Shown here: positions 54,171-61,689 of the stretch, one piece after another
Layout: each line of letters opens with the position of its first letter
How positions within the stretch are numbered: the first letter of the stretch is position 1
Assembly (NCBI GenBank): GCA_014161675.1
Contig: GCA_014161675.1_4760.1
Source of the DNA: a phage
Direction: 5' to 3' (one strand)
DNA length: 64,000 bases
Position numbers and translations under genes: made by a program
Notes under the pieces: model-generated
The model's database searches: none
What the model saw: the letters and a program-made list of their open reading frames with translations, nothing else
What the model was told of the DNA's origin: nothing

Positions 54171-54479
54171 TCATTTAGACAAATAATCATTCTGTGCAAT
54201 CCGGTCAGCATGTTCCGGCGTTACGTCAATCGCAATCACTTTAACGCGTGCTTTCTTGCGACCTGGGTTTTCTCGTAACCAGTGCTCATGACCGTGAACA
54301 TTTTTATACTGCGATGCTTCTTCGAAGGTACGGATCGGACCTGGGTAATCAGCGTAAAGGATCTCTAGATCTTCGGTGATGTAAAAATATACATCGTAAT
54401 TGCTGTTCTCTAGCTTAAGCAGAGACTTTCGGAACATTGGGAGATTTTCGCGGGTAAATTCAAAGATATTATCTTTCAT
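54171..54479 (-). CDS. HxHW-family small protein (paralog 1)
   Basis: 'FYITEDLEI...HGHEHWL...VIAIDV'; GAGGATAA RBS. Confidence 0.55.
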   Translation of the reverse strand: MKDNIFEFTRENLPMFRKSLLKLENSNYDVYFYITEDLEILYADYPGPIRTFEEASQYKNVHGHEHWLRENPGRKKARVKVIAIDVTPEHADRIAQNDYLSK

Positions 54480-54507
54480 AGTATTATCCTCAATAGTTGG
54501 ATGAAAA

Positions 54508-54524
54508 GGGGGCTTAACGCCCCC
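54508..54524 (-). terminator. Terminator hairpin (minus strand)
   Basis: GGGGGC-ttaac-GCCCCC; same core as hairpins at 16583 and 50484. Confidence 0.4.
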
Positions 54525-54529
54525 ATATA

Positions 54530-54817
54530 TTAAAACAGCCCTTCCTGTACACCGTAGTAGAGTTCGTCACTGATAATTTCATTAATGCGACGGTGTGCAT
54601 ATTCCTGATTTGCGAAGTTGTCAGCAAGTTCTACTTTAGTTTCGCCGTCATGAGTCCATTTAGTGATAACTTTACCATCTGCAAATTTGAAGTTGAACTC
54701 TTTAGCTACTGCATCGCGTACCAGACGTGCGAACTTGTTGTTACGGATTGCATTGTCTGTTTCGTTTGCAGCGTGAGCAAATTTGTTAACTTTCAGAGTG
54801 ATAGTAATGTATGCCAT
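54530..54817 (-). CDS. hypothetical early protein
   Basis: 95-aa ORF behind promoter unit 7. Confidence 0.5.
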   Translation of the reverse strand: MAYITITLKVNKFAHAANETDNAIRNNKFARLVRDAVAKEFNFKFADGKVITKWTHDGETKVELADNFANQEYAHRRINEIISDELYYGVQEGLF

Positions 54818-54863
54818 AATTTGATTCTCCTAGTTAGAAAGTGTATATCGTTTCGATGGGGAT

Positions 54864-54892
54864 ATTATGCTATATCCCCGATCCGGTGTCAA
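54864..54892 (-). promoter_or_regulatory. Early promoter unit 7
   Basis: TTGACA, 17 bp, CATAAT; inverted repeat GGGGATAT/ATATCCCC spans the -10. Confidence 0.5.
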
Positions 54893-54898
54893 CACTTT

Positions 54899-55192
54899 TT
54901 ATAAAATAATTTTTTGATATTTTTCTATGATGTTCGTGTAAGTCACATCAACCGCTAGCACCGTTGCTTCGAATCCACCGTTTAGCCAATGGCTATGATC
55001 ATGATCGTGAAAGAAACCTAGACCAGTACGAAGACCTTCTTTATATTCTGCGCGTACATTCAGTTTGTCGTCGATAAACAGATAAAACCATGAATTTTTA
55101 CTAGGATTGATGATACAACCTTTCAGATTAGGGAGAATATCACGACTAAGAATAAACTTATCACCTACTTTGAACATAATATTAGTCCTCAC
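54899..55192 (-). CDS. HxHW-family small protein (paralog 2)
   Basis: 'FYLFIDDKLNV...HDHDHSHWL...VLAVDV'. Confidence 0.55.
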   Translation of the reverse strand: MRTNIMFKVGDKFILSRDILPNLKGCIINPSKNSWFYLFIDDKLNVRAEYKEGLRTGLGFFHDHDHSHWLNGGFEATVLAVDVTYTNIIEKYQKIIL

Positions 55193-55502
55193 TTATAAGG
55201 TCAAACCAATTGTTTTTCGCATAATGCTTAATGCGTGCTTGATCTGCTTCCGCTGGTGATAGATTCCATGCAACCACTACAACTTCTGACGCATCGTCAT
55301 CCGTTTCTGATACCCAATGATTGTGATTCATACAGTTATTTGCTATCGAGTGAGCAAATGATTTCATCACTGGAGACGTATAATCATAGTAACGGATTTT
55401 CAGATTTTCATCAACGTACAAATAGATCGTATAAGGTTTATATTCAGTAACCAGTAACAGACAGTTACGCAATTCTGGGAAAATATTTTTAGTTAATTTC
55501 AT
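55182..55502 (-). CDS. HxHW-family small protein (paralog 3)
   Basis: 'YLYVDENLKI...NHNHWV...VVVVAWNL'. Confidence 0.5.
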   Translation of the reverse strand: MKLTKNIFPELRNCLLLVTEYKPYTIYLYVDENLKIRYYDYTSPVMKSFAHSIANNCMNHNHWVSETDDDASEVVVVAWNLSPAEADQARIKHYAKNNWFDLISED

Positions 55503-55716
55503 ATTCTAGTTCTCCGTAATACACGGTAATCCATTTTTCTTCATACTTTGTATCTTTCCAACACACAATCCCGTTTACTGTGCAATCTTTGGAATTGACG
55601 AATGATTCATATTGTTCTGCATCTTCCATCATTGCATGAGCGGTCTTTTCATCGAATATATCGCAGATCGCTTTATATGCTCGATAATCTTTAAATTTGC
55701 TCATAATTAAGACCAC
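55489..55716 (-). CDS. small early protein, tandem duplicate A
   Basis: 'MSKFKDYRAYKAI...MMEDAEQ...GIVCWKDTKYEEKWI' paralogous to the adjacent ORF. Confidence 0.5.
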   Translation of the reverse strand: MVLIMSKFKDYRAYKAICDIFDEKTAHAMMEDAEQYESFVNSKDCTVNGIVCWKDTKYEEKWITVYYGELEYEIN

Positions 55717-55922
55717 TCAAGAGTTTTTGAAAACACATCTATCCATTGTTGAGTATATGCGGTTTCTTTCCATGATACAATACCAGTCGAATAATGGTTT
55801 TTGTTTCCAGAAAAGGACGGGCATTTTGAGGCATCTTCCATCATCTTTTCGGCGAACTCTGGTGCGTATACTCGCAGGATCTGTTGATATGCTTTGTATT
55901 CTTTAAATTTGCTCATAATCAT
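55707..55922 (-). CDS. small early protein, tandem duplicate B
   Basis: 'MSKFKEYKAYQQI...MMEDASK...GIVSWKETAYTQQWI'. Confidence 0.5.
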   Translation of the reverse strand: MIMSKFKEYKAYQQILRVYAPEFAEKMMEDASKCPSFSGNKNHYSTGIVSWKETAYTQQWIDVFSKTLEWS

Positions 55923-56181
55923 TCACTACCTTATCAGCTTCTTTTGTTGTTTTTACATCAACTGCGATAACTCGTAAAGGTTCGTCATGGTTCCACCAGT
56001 GGTCATGAATATCAGCTTGTGATTTATCACCAAAGGAATCACGAATATCATTTTTACATTTATAGCTAATGTGACCTTCATAGTCAACATAAAGGTAATT
56101 ATCGAAAATCGGCGTTTTTAAGATCATACCGAAAAATCTTTCTTTGTGTGTCTTATCCAGCGTTGCAGTAATTCGCATCAT
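55903..56181 (-). CDS. HxHW-family small protein (paralog 4)
   Basis: 'YLYVDYEGHI...HDHWW...VIAVDV'. Confidence 0.55.
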   Translation of the reverse strand: MMRITATLDKTHKERFFGMILKTPIFDNYLYVDYEGHISYKCKNDIRDSFGDKSQADIHDHWWNHDEPLRVIAVDVKTTKEADKVVNDYEQI

Positions 56182-56193
56182 AATATATTCCTC

Positions 56194-56373
56194 TTAGAAA
56201 GGGATGGTCATTTCTTGAGCTTGTACGTTCTCGTTAGGATTAAACTTCATCCAGCCGATATTGTCTACCAGCATATGCACATTTTTATCATATCCTACGT
56301 GGGTAGTCAATACTGTATGTGCTTTACCTTCAATGATGAGTTCCATGTACTTCTGAACTTCGATAGCTTTCAT
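56194..56373 (-). CDS. small hypothetical early protein (59 aa)
   Basis: Hand-translated 'MKAIEVQKYMELIIEGKAHTVL...'; behind promoter unit 8. Confidence 0.4.
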   Translation of the reverse strand: MKAIEVQKYMELIIEGKAHTVLTTHVGYDKNVHMLVDNIGWMKFNPNENVQAQEMTIPF

Positions 56374-56405
56374 TTTGATTCTCCGTTTGTTGTCTTGATG
56401 GGAGT

Positions 56406-56434
56406 ATCTTACTACTCCCTTTAATCATTGTCAA
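56406..56434 (-). promoter_or_regulatory. Early promoter unit 8
   Basis: TTGACA, 17-bp spacer with GGAGTA/TACTCC inverted repeat, TAAGAT. Confidence 0.45.
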
Positions 56435-56437
56435 CTA

Positions 56438-56605
56438 TTATTTGTTAATTTCTGGTGCGTTGCTCGGATAGTAACCTTCTTTAACACCCAGATATTTTGC
56501 GACCATTCCGGTGATCTTCTGTGCTACTACGATATCGAATTTCAGGTAATCTTCACCGTGGTTTGCTACAATGTATGCTTCGCATTCTGCTTTAGTCTGG
56601 AACAT
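56438..56605 (-). CDS. small early protein (55 aa), paralog of 53180-53347
   Basis: Internal ATG at 56605 gives 'MFQTKAECEAYIVANHGEDYLKFDIVVAQK...', near-identical to the 53180-53347 product. Confidence 0.55.
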   Translation of the reverse strand: MFQTKAECEAYIVANHGEDYLKFDIVVAQKITGMVAKYLGVKEGYYPSNAPEINK

Positions 56606-56638
56606 TTTTATTCTCCCATATCTCGTTGGTATGTGTGC

Positions 56639-56668
56639 ATTATAGGGGATCACCGATCCCCTGTCAAC
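56639..56668 (-). promoter_or_regulatory. Early promoter unit 9 with palindromic spacer
   Basis: TTGACA, GGGGATCGGTGATCCCC, TATAAT; spacer identical to units 2 and 10. Confidence 0.55.
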
Positions 56669-56672
56669 AACT

Positions 56673-56966
56673 TTATAATGCTTTATATGCGTATTTCATA
56701 AATTTGTCTGCCACTTCATTGGCATGTTCAGATTCTACGCCTGATTCGAGAACAATAGCTAGGTCGGTTTCGTCATTCCCGCCGTACCAATGATTTGATG
56801 TTCGATTTTTTTCAATTGGAAATTGGTCACTTTTATCTGTGCGACAAAATACATCTAAATGCTCGTCGATGTAAAAGATCCAATCTTCATAAAGAATAAC
56901 GGTATTAGCCAGATTTTTATTGCCTTCAACGAAAGGTTCGGCTACAAACAAATTAGTATGTTCCAT
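56673..56966 (-). CDS. HxHW-family small protein (paralog 5, divergent)
   Basis: 'IFYIDEHLDV...SNHWY...LAIVLESG'. Confidence 0.45.
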   Translation of the reverse strand: MEHTNLFVAEPFVEGNKNLANTVILYEDWIFYIDEHLDVFCRTDKSDQFPIEKNRTSNHWYGGNDETDLAIVLESGVESEHANEVADKFMKYAYKAL

Positions 56967-57023
56967 AGTATTTTCCTCAATTTGTGGGAGAGTATTGCCC
57001 CTCCCGATGTCTGTTATATTACA

Positions 57024-57344
57024 TTACACAAAATGGCGTTTCAATGCTTCTTTTGCGGTTCCGCTAAGACTTTCGATCTCGCCTGGCATAACATCAACTG
57101 CCAGAACTTCTACAACATCCTCTGACCCCAACCAGTGAGTATGACCTTTGTAGAACTTGATAACCAGACTACCTTCCTCATCCCATTTAACGCTATCGCT
57201 AGCCCACCACACATCACCGTCGATAAAGTTGATGTAAAGCACACTACGCCACATTGAATTAATTACTTTCAATACTGCGCCTTTCATATCTTCCACGGTG
57301 TGGTCTTCCATTTTGAAGACCTCGCCTACCTGAACTTTTGCCAT
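57024..57344 (-). CDS. HxHW-family small protein (paralog 6)
   Basis: 'LYINFIDGDV...GHTHWL...VLAVDV'. Confidence 0.55.
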   Translation of the reverse strand: MAKVQVGEVFKMEDHTVEDMKGAVLKVINSMWRSVLYINFIDGDVWWASDSVKWDEEGSLVIKFYKGHTHWLGSEDVVEVLAVDVMPGEIESLSGTAKEALKRHFV

Positions 57345-57361
57345 TTAGTCACCTCTCTTTA

Positions 57362-57541
57362 TTACATAACAATCACGCCAGCCGTTGAAAGTTGATGTTT
57401 CAACTGAGCATTTTCTGCTACTGTCAAATCAATGATTTCTTGTGACGCTGCAATCATATAGCCATTGGTGATATTGTTTTGCATCAGTTCAATGGTTTCT
57501 TCGTTGTAGCGGATTTTAGCGATGATTTCGTTGAAGTTCAT
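57362..57541 (-). CDS. small hypothetical early protein (59 aa)
   Basis: Hand-translated 'MNFNEIIAKIRYNEETIELMQNNITNGY...'; behind promoter unit 10. Confidence 0.4.
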   Translation of the reverse strand: MNFNEIIAKIRYNEETIELMQNNITNGYMIAASQEIIDLTVAENAQLKHQLSTAGVIVM

Positions 57542-57575
57542 GTTTGATTCTCCTAGTTCGTTTCGGTATGTGTGT

Positions 57576-57604
57576 AGTATAGGGGATCACCGATCCCCTG
57601 TCAA
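57576..57604 (-). promoter_or_regulatory. Early promoter unit 10 with palindromic spacer
   Basis: TTGACA, GGGGATCGGTGATCCCC, TATACT; conserved leader to AGGAGAATCAAACATG. Confidence 0.55.
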
Positions 57605-57616
57605 CAACTTTTTGAA

Positions 57617-58093
57617 TTATTTTTCTTGATGCTCGCGATCGTACTTTTCGAAATAAAATTCTACTGGCTGGTCGTGGATTGACAGCAAGCCAAAGCGTTT
57701 AGCCGCTCGCAATCCCATATTGCGCTGAATGTACTTCTGGAAGTTCTCGCGTATACACTTACGCCAGGATTCTAAGCCCATGCAGCTTTTATAAAGATTG
57801 CATTGCACACACGCCGGATTCATGTTATCAAGTATATCATGCTCCGGTTTATGCATTCCTACAACCTTATACTTCCACGATCCATCATCATTACGGGCAA
57901 TTCGTCCATTTTCATCATAGACTACCTTTGAGCGTCGCAATACTGGTTTGATGTGGTCTGCGTGCCAGCGATCCCCTAGTTCCTCGCCACAATAGGCACA
58001 ACGTCCACCATATTTCATTTTCAGGATCTGGCGTTGATCTTTCTTTGACAATTTTTTAGGTTTAGGGGCTTTCGCCCCTTCATTATCACACAT
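57617..58093 (-). CDS. HNH endonuclease (putative free-standing homing endonuclease)
   Basis: 'CAYCGEEL...HADHIKP...N...CVQCN' HNH/zinc motif; start overlaps ligase stop. Confidence 0.65.
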   Translation of the reverse strand: MCDNEGAKAPKPKKLSKKDQRQILKMKYGGRCAYCGEELGDRWHADHIKPVLRRSKVVYDENGRIARNDDGSWKYKVVGMHKPEHDILDNMNPACVQCNLYKSCMGLESWRKCIRENFQKYIQRNMGLRAAKRFGLLSIHDQPVEFYFEKYDREHQEK

Positions 58094-59582
58094 CGAATAC
58101 CTCTTTTACTGTATTTGCAGTGGTCTTGTCGTAGCGAATACGTTTGATGATTGGGAGAAATAAAGAGAACTCCGGTTCATCTTCTTTACGTGATTTGCTG
58201 CGGATATACCCGTTGCATGTCATCTCAATGACTTTGCCAACCAGGTTATGACGGTCAGCCCATAACATTTCTCGGTCGAGTTCATTTCGACGAACGAACG
58301 GAATTACACGTTCAGTACCATCATCACCTTTTTCGGTTGTAGTGTCGGTTAATCCCGATCCGGTGTTAGTCATCATTCGTCCGCACGCACTACGGACAGT
58401 AAAACCGCCTACCTTATTGGGGTCTTTACTATGCGGATATACGTCAACAATTTCCGCGTCGAAGTCAATCACTTCTTTAAATTTAACCTGATCTTTACTA
58501 CGGCGATCTTCAAATACACCATGTAAATTTTTAAGGATAATACCTTCTAAGCCCATGTTGACATAACGATGATATACTTCGCGAGCTTCATCGATATTGT
58601 TAACTACAGTATTTTCGATTATCTGAACACGAGGATCGTTAAGTTCTTCAACAATCTGTTTTAGTTCTTCGAATCGATCTTTATATTGCTTCGTTGCTTT
58701 CTCGTTTCCATAATACACATCACGGTCGATAACATCCCAGACAGTGTAAACAATACATTGGGCTTCTTCTTTTGGAATAGTTCCTTTAAGTGATTTGTTG
58801 AGGATACCATTTCCGGTCTGACGATCTGCAACAACGGATTCTTTCACTGCTTCCGCTACTGGCGTTAATGGCATTTCCTCTTCTTCAAATATCCATGACA
58901 GAGTACCATCATAAACGCTCTCAACGAAGTTCTGCGCTGGTGTTTGCGAAAGGGTAGGCATATATACCAATTCGCCATCTAGAACAATTCCACGGCCTCG
59001 TAGACGCTCTAAAACCGCAAACAAATCATCAAGCCCTTGATAGGTATTACCTGAGCGGGTATAGATTGCTAATGTTTCCCCGTCAATATCAGCCATACCA
59101 CGAGCGCCATCGCTTTTAAGTTGTGCATACGCCGGATACTTGATATTAGCAATAGTCTTATCAGAACATGACGATGCAAGGTGGCACGGCTGCTGGGGGA
59201 TCAGTTTCTTCCATACCTTGTTTGCAGTGGTAGCTGAACAGCCGCATTCCAGATCACGATTCAGGACCATCATTGCAACTTTAGCATCATCCTCTGACAA
59301 GCAAGTCAGAGTATCGGTAACTAGCTGTAATGCTGCATTACCAGTTACTTGACGCGTGGCAAGTTTATTTTTAAAGACCTGTAATGCACCGGATAAAGAT
59401 AATACAGACGAATAGCGAGATGGTTTATCGTATTTCTTTACGCCAAACGTAACCTGTTTGCAATATGCCAGATAAAAGCATTCTTTCAGCGTTTCATTGC
59501 TCGCGGATTCTTTCAGAATCTTTTCTTTCAGCGATGTTTTGTCTGTTGCTGCAAGCTGATTAATGATATTAAGAATTGACAT
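58086..59582 (-). CDS. 30: ATP-dependent DNA ligase gp30
   Basis: 'AQLKSDGAR' (KxDG adenylation motif), 'LDGELVY', 'EGIILKN', 'VKFKEVIDFD' collinear with T4 ligase; ATG 59582 preferred over GTG 59588. Confidence 0.85.
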   Translation of the reverse strand: MSILNIINQLAATDKTSLKEKILKESASNETLKECFYLAYCKQVTFGVKKYDKPSRYSSVLSLSGALQVFKNKLATRQVTGNAALQLVTDTLTCLSEDDAKVAMMVLNRDLECGCSATTANKVWKKLIPQQPCHLASSCSDKTIANIKYPAYAQLKSDGARGMADIDGETLAIYTRSGNTYQGLDDLFAVLERLRGRGIVLDGELVYMPTLSQTPAQNFVESVYDGTLSWIFEEEEMPLTPVAEAVKESVVADRQTGNGILNKSLKGTIPKEEAQCIVYTVWDVIDRDVYYGNEKATKQYKDRFEELKQIVEELNDPRVQIIENTVVNNIDEAREVYHRYVNMGLEGIILKNLHGVFEDRRSKDQVKFKEVIDFDAEIVDVYPHSKDPNKVGGFTVRSACGRMMTNTGSGLTDTTTEKGDDGTERVIPFVRRNELDREMLWADRHNLVGKVIEMTCNGYIRSKSRKEDEPEFSLFLPIIKRIRYDKTTANTVKEVFDV

Positions 59583-60048
59583 TTTCACCTCGTTTTGTTA
59601 AACGTTCACGAATATCATTGAGGATACTACAAAATTCCGATTCAGTCAATATAGTCTTTAACGGATCAGTTCCACCTATGCTATGACGTAATTTCTTATT
59701 TCCGGTAGAGAGTAATGCTTTACAAAATTCTGGGTTATTCCGTGCCATCGTAACAAATGCCAGATGTACCAGTCTGTAATAATGCTCACTCATTCGATGA
59801 ATCGGGCGACCCTGAAAATATAACATGTGATTCTCAATCTTTTCAGTTCTTCCGGTTCTTTTTGCTTTGCCACCGTGCATCAAAAAGATTTCTCTTTGTC
59901 TCTGAGGGTTCTTAAATCTTAGCCCCTGTAAAAATCCTTCTGTGCTGTTAATATCGCAACCAAATAGACGGAATGGTCTTTTATTGAAATTACTCAATTC
60001 ACCCGATGGATAAGGTCCACCCGCATAGATATCAATTTCAGAAGTCAT
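59569..60048 (-). CDS. NADAR (YbiA/DUF1768)-like protein
   Basis: 'IYAGGPYPSGELSNFNKRPF...INSTEGFLQGLRF' parallels YbiA 'INFYS..DYGDFSNF...TSEHYFQAQKF'. Confidence 0.55.
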   Translation of the reverse strand: MTSEIDIYAGGPYPSGELSNFNKRPFRLFGCDINSTEGFLQGLRFKNPQRQREIFLMHGGKAKRTGRTEKIENHMLYFQGRPIHRMSEHYYRLVHLAFVTMARNNPEFCKALLSTGNKKLRHSIGGTDPLKTILTESEFCSILNDIRERLTKRGENVNS

Positions 60049-60250
60049 TGAAACTAATCTCGCTAATCAGAGAGAACGGATCATAATCGTCATTAGGAAT
60101 ATCGATAGTAATCGAATGAGGGTTTACCCATACACCAAACTGGTCTTCTTCGGTGAATACTTCGGTATGGATTTCGTGGATGTTTACATTCATAGTTTTC
60201 ATAATAAAATTTCCTTAATAATCAATAACTTACAAAATCATATAGCCAAA

Positions 60251-60276
60251 ATATAGGCGGGATTATTACCCGCCGT
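60251..60276 (-). terminator. Terminator hairpin after gp31 (minus strand)
   Basis: GGCGGG-taataat-CCCGCC; U-rich tract follows on the minus strand. Confidence 0.45.
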
Positions 60277-60285
60277 TTAAAATCA

Positions 60286-60609
60286 TTAACCGTAAACTAC
60301 CACAATATTCTGTTTGTGCGTTACAGTCCATTTCAGGTCGATCTCTTCTTCCTTCTTAACGCCGTTAATAACGTCTGGATGAGGAACTTTATTCATCTTG
60401 CCATGTGGCAGTAAAACAGTTTTACCCAGCAATTCTTTATCTACCGTTTCACCGATATCAATAATCTTACCTACCAGCGGAATCTCGCCCATAGTGCGCT
60501 TTTGCTCAATAATGATCCCCATAGAGCTTTTTACTTCTGTCCCTGCGCTTTCTGCTTTAGCTTCAATGATCACATAGTCACCAAGTGCTTTAGGAGTTTT
60601 AACGGTCAT
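60286..60609 (-). CDS. 31: gp31 co-chaperonin (GroES-like)
   Basis: 107 aa; 'GDYVIIEAKAESAG' and 'NKVPHPDV' resemble T4 gp31; position between ligase and cd. Confidence 0.65.
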   Translation of the reverse strand: MTVKTPKALGDYVIIEAKAESAGTEVKSSMGIIIEQKRTMGEIPLVGKIIDIGETVDKELLGKTVLLPHGKMNKVPHPDVINGVKKEEEIDLKWTVTHKQNIVVVYG

Positions 60610-60650
60610 AATTTTATTACCTCTTCAAATCAATACAGTTTAATGATGAA

Positions 60651-60965
60651 TTATTTATAAATTTCGACGATCTGCGCTGGAGTCAGCCCGTCTACATTAA
60701 TCAGACTATCAAGCCCAAAACTACGGAAACCTTCAACTGCAATTTCATATACTGGCAAAGATGTTTCTGATTCTTTACGCGGTTTTTCAACATTAGGAAC
60801 TAACCACTTTTCGTATGTTTCAAACGGCATCAGTGCCGGATCTCGCGTGGCGATCATCTCGCGGACAGTACCATCTTTCTTAGTAAACTGCAAAGAGTGA
60901 GTACCGACCGAAAACATTTTCTTGAGTGCTTCACGAAGTGCGATATTATCAATTTGTTCGGTCAT
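60651..60965 (-). CDS. hypothetical protein
   Basis: 104 aa from ATG 60965 (ORF-track start 60971 is TTG); no motif recognised. Confidence 0.45.
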   Translation of the reverse strand: MTEQIDNIALREALKKMFSVGTHSLQFTKKDGTVREMIATRDPALMPFETYEKWLVPNVEKPRKESETSLPVYEIAVEGFRSFGLDSLINVDGLTPAQIVEIYK

Positions 60966-61464
60966 TATCAATACCCTTCAAATCAGTCAATAATGCTTTT
61001 GGAATACGCGTGATCGTAATATCTGCATTATTCAGAATATCAGCCCAATCACGCCCACCATTTCGATCATATGTGTCGCAATAGTATAGATGTTTAATTC
61101 CACTGTTTGCAATTGCTTTAGCGCAATCTGGACACGGTGAAGCAGTGCACCACATACTAGCGCCTTCAATCGATACACCGCTACGGGCAGCAAACAAAAT
61201 AGCATTTAATTCAGCGTGGATCTCGTTTTTCTGTGACCATGCACTATGTTCTGGTCGTTTTTCTGGGATCATTTTACCGTCATCATCCAGCCAACCGTTT
61301 TTATGTGCATGACAGCTACAATTTACTTGCCCTGCTGGAGTTCCGTTAAATCCAGTAGAAATGATTCGCCCGTCTTTTTCGATCAGTGCGCCTACCTTCC
61401 ACGAAACACATTTAGAGTTCTTTGCGATCAGATAGGCGATCTGCATGTAAGTTTGTGACAACAT
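60949..61464 (-). CDS. cd: dCMP deaminase
   Basis: Zinc-binding 'HAELNAI' and 'SPCPDCAKAI' (HxE / PCxxC). Confidence 0.8.
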   Translation of the reverse strand: MLSQTYMQIAYLIAKNSKCVSWKVGALIEKDGRIISTGFNGTPAGQVNCSCHAHKNGWLDDDGKMIPEKRPEHSAWSQKNEIHAELNAILFAARSGVSIEGASMWCTASPCPDCAKAIANSGIKHLYYCDTYDRNGGRDWADILNNADITITRIPKALLTDLKGIDNDRTN

Positions 61465-61485
61465 AATATAATCCTCACATATTAA

Positions 61486-61689
61486 TTAACCGTATACGCG
61501 AAAGTATTCTACTGATCCGTCGCTATACTGTTTTACATTGAATGTATTCACACCATGATCATTGCTCATAATGACATACACACTGCGACGCTCATCACTA
61601 AACGGGTTAACTGGTGCTGGTTCAATTTCAACATTAAAACCACGTTTAGCAAGTGCTTCGCCTAATTGCTTGAGTTTATCGGTAAACAT
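61486..61689 (-). CDS. hypothetical protein
   Basis: 67-aa ORF; start overlaps pseT stop. Confidence 0.45.
   Translation of the reverse strand: MFTDKLKQLGEALAKRGFNVEIEPAPVNPFSDERRSVYVIMSNDHGVNTFNVKQYSDGSVEYFRVYG

Noticed and set aside
53430-57138. Plus-strand ORFs in the early array (53430-53711, 53563-53802, 53815-54126, 54593-54904, 55235-55450, 55697-55906, 56146-56424, 56859-57125, 56920-57138)
   Set aside because: They lie antisense to better-supported minus-strand genes that carry promoters and ribosome-binding sites, have no RBS of their own, and have low-complexity composition.
50700-57620. CRISPR-like array suggested by regularly recurring 70-90-bp conserved units
   Set aside because: The repeats are promoter-leader units ending in an RBS and ATG, not 25-40-bp palindromic repeats; the intervening segments are 170-350-bp protein-coding ORFs of variable length, and there is no cas context.
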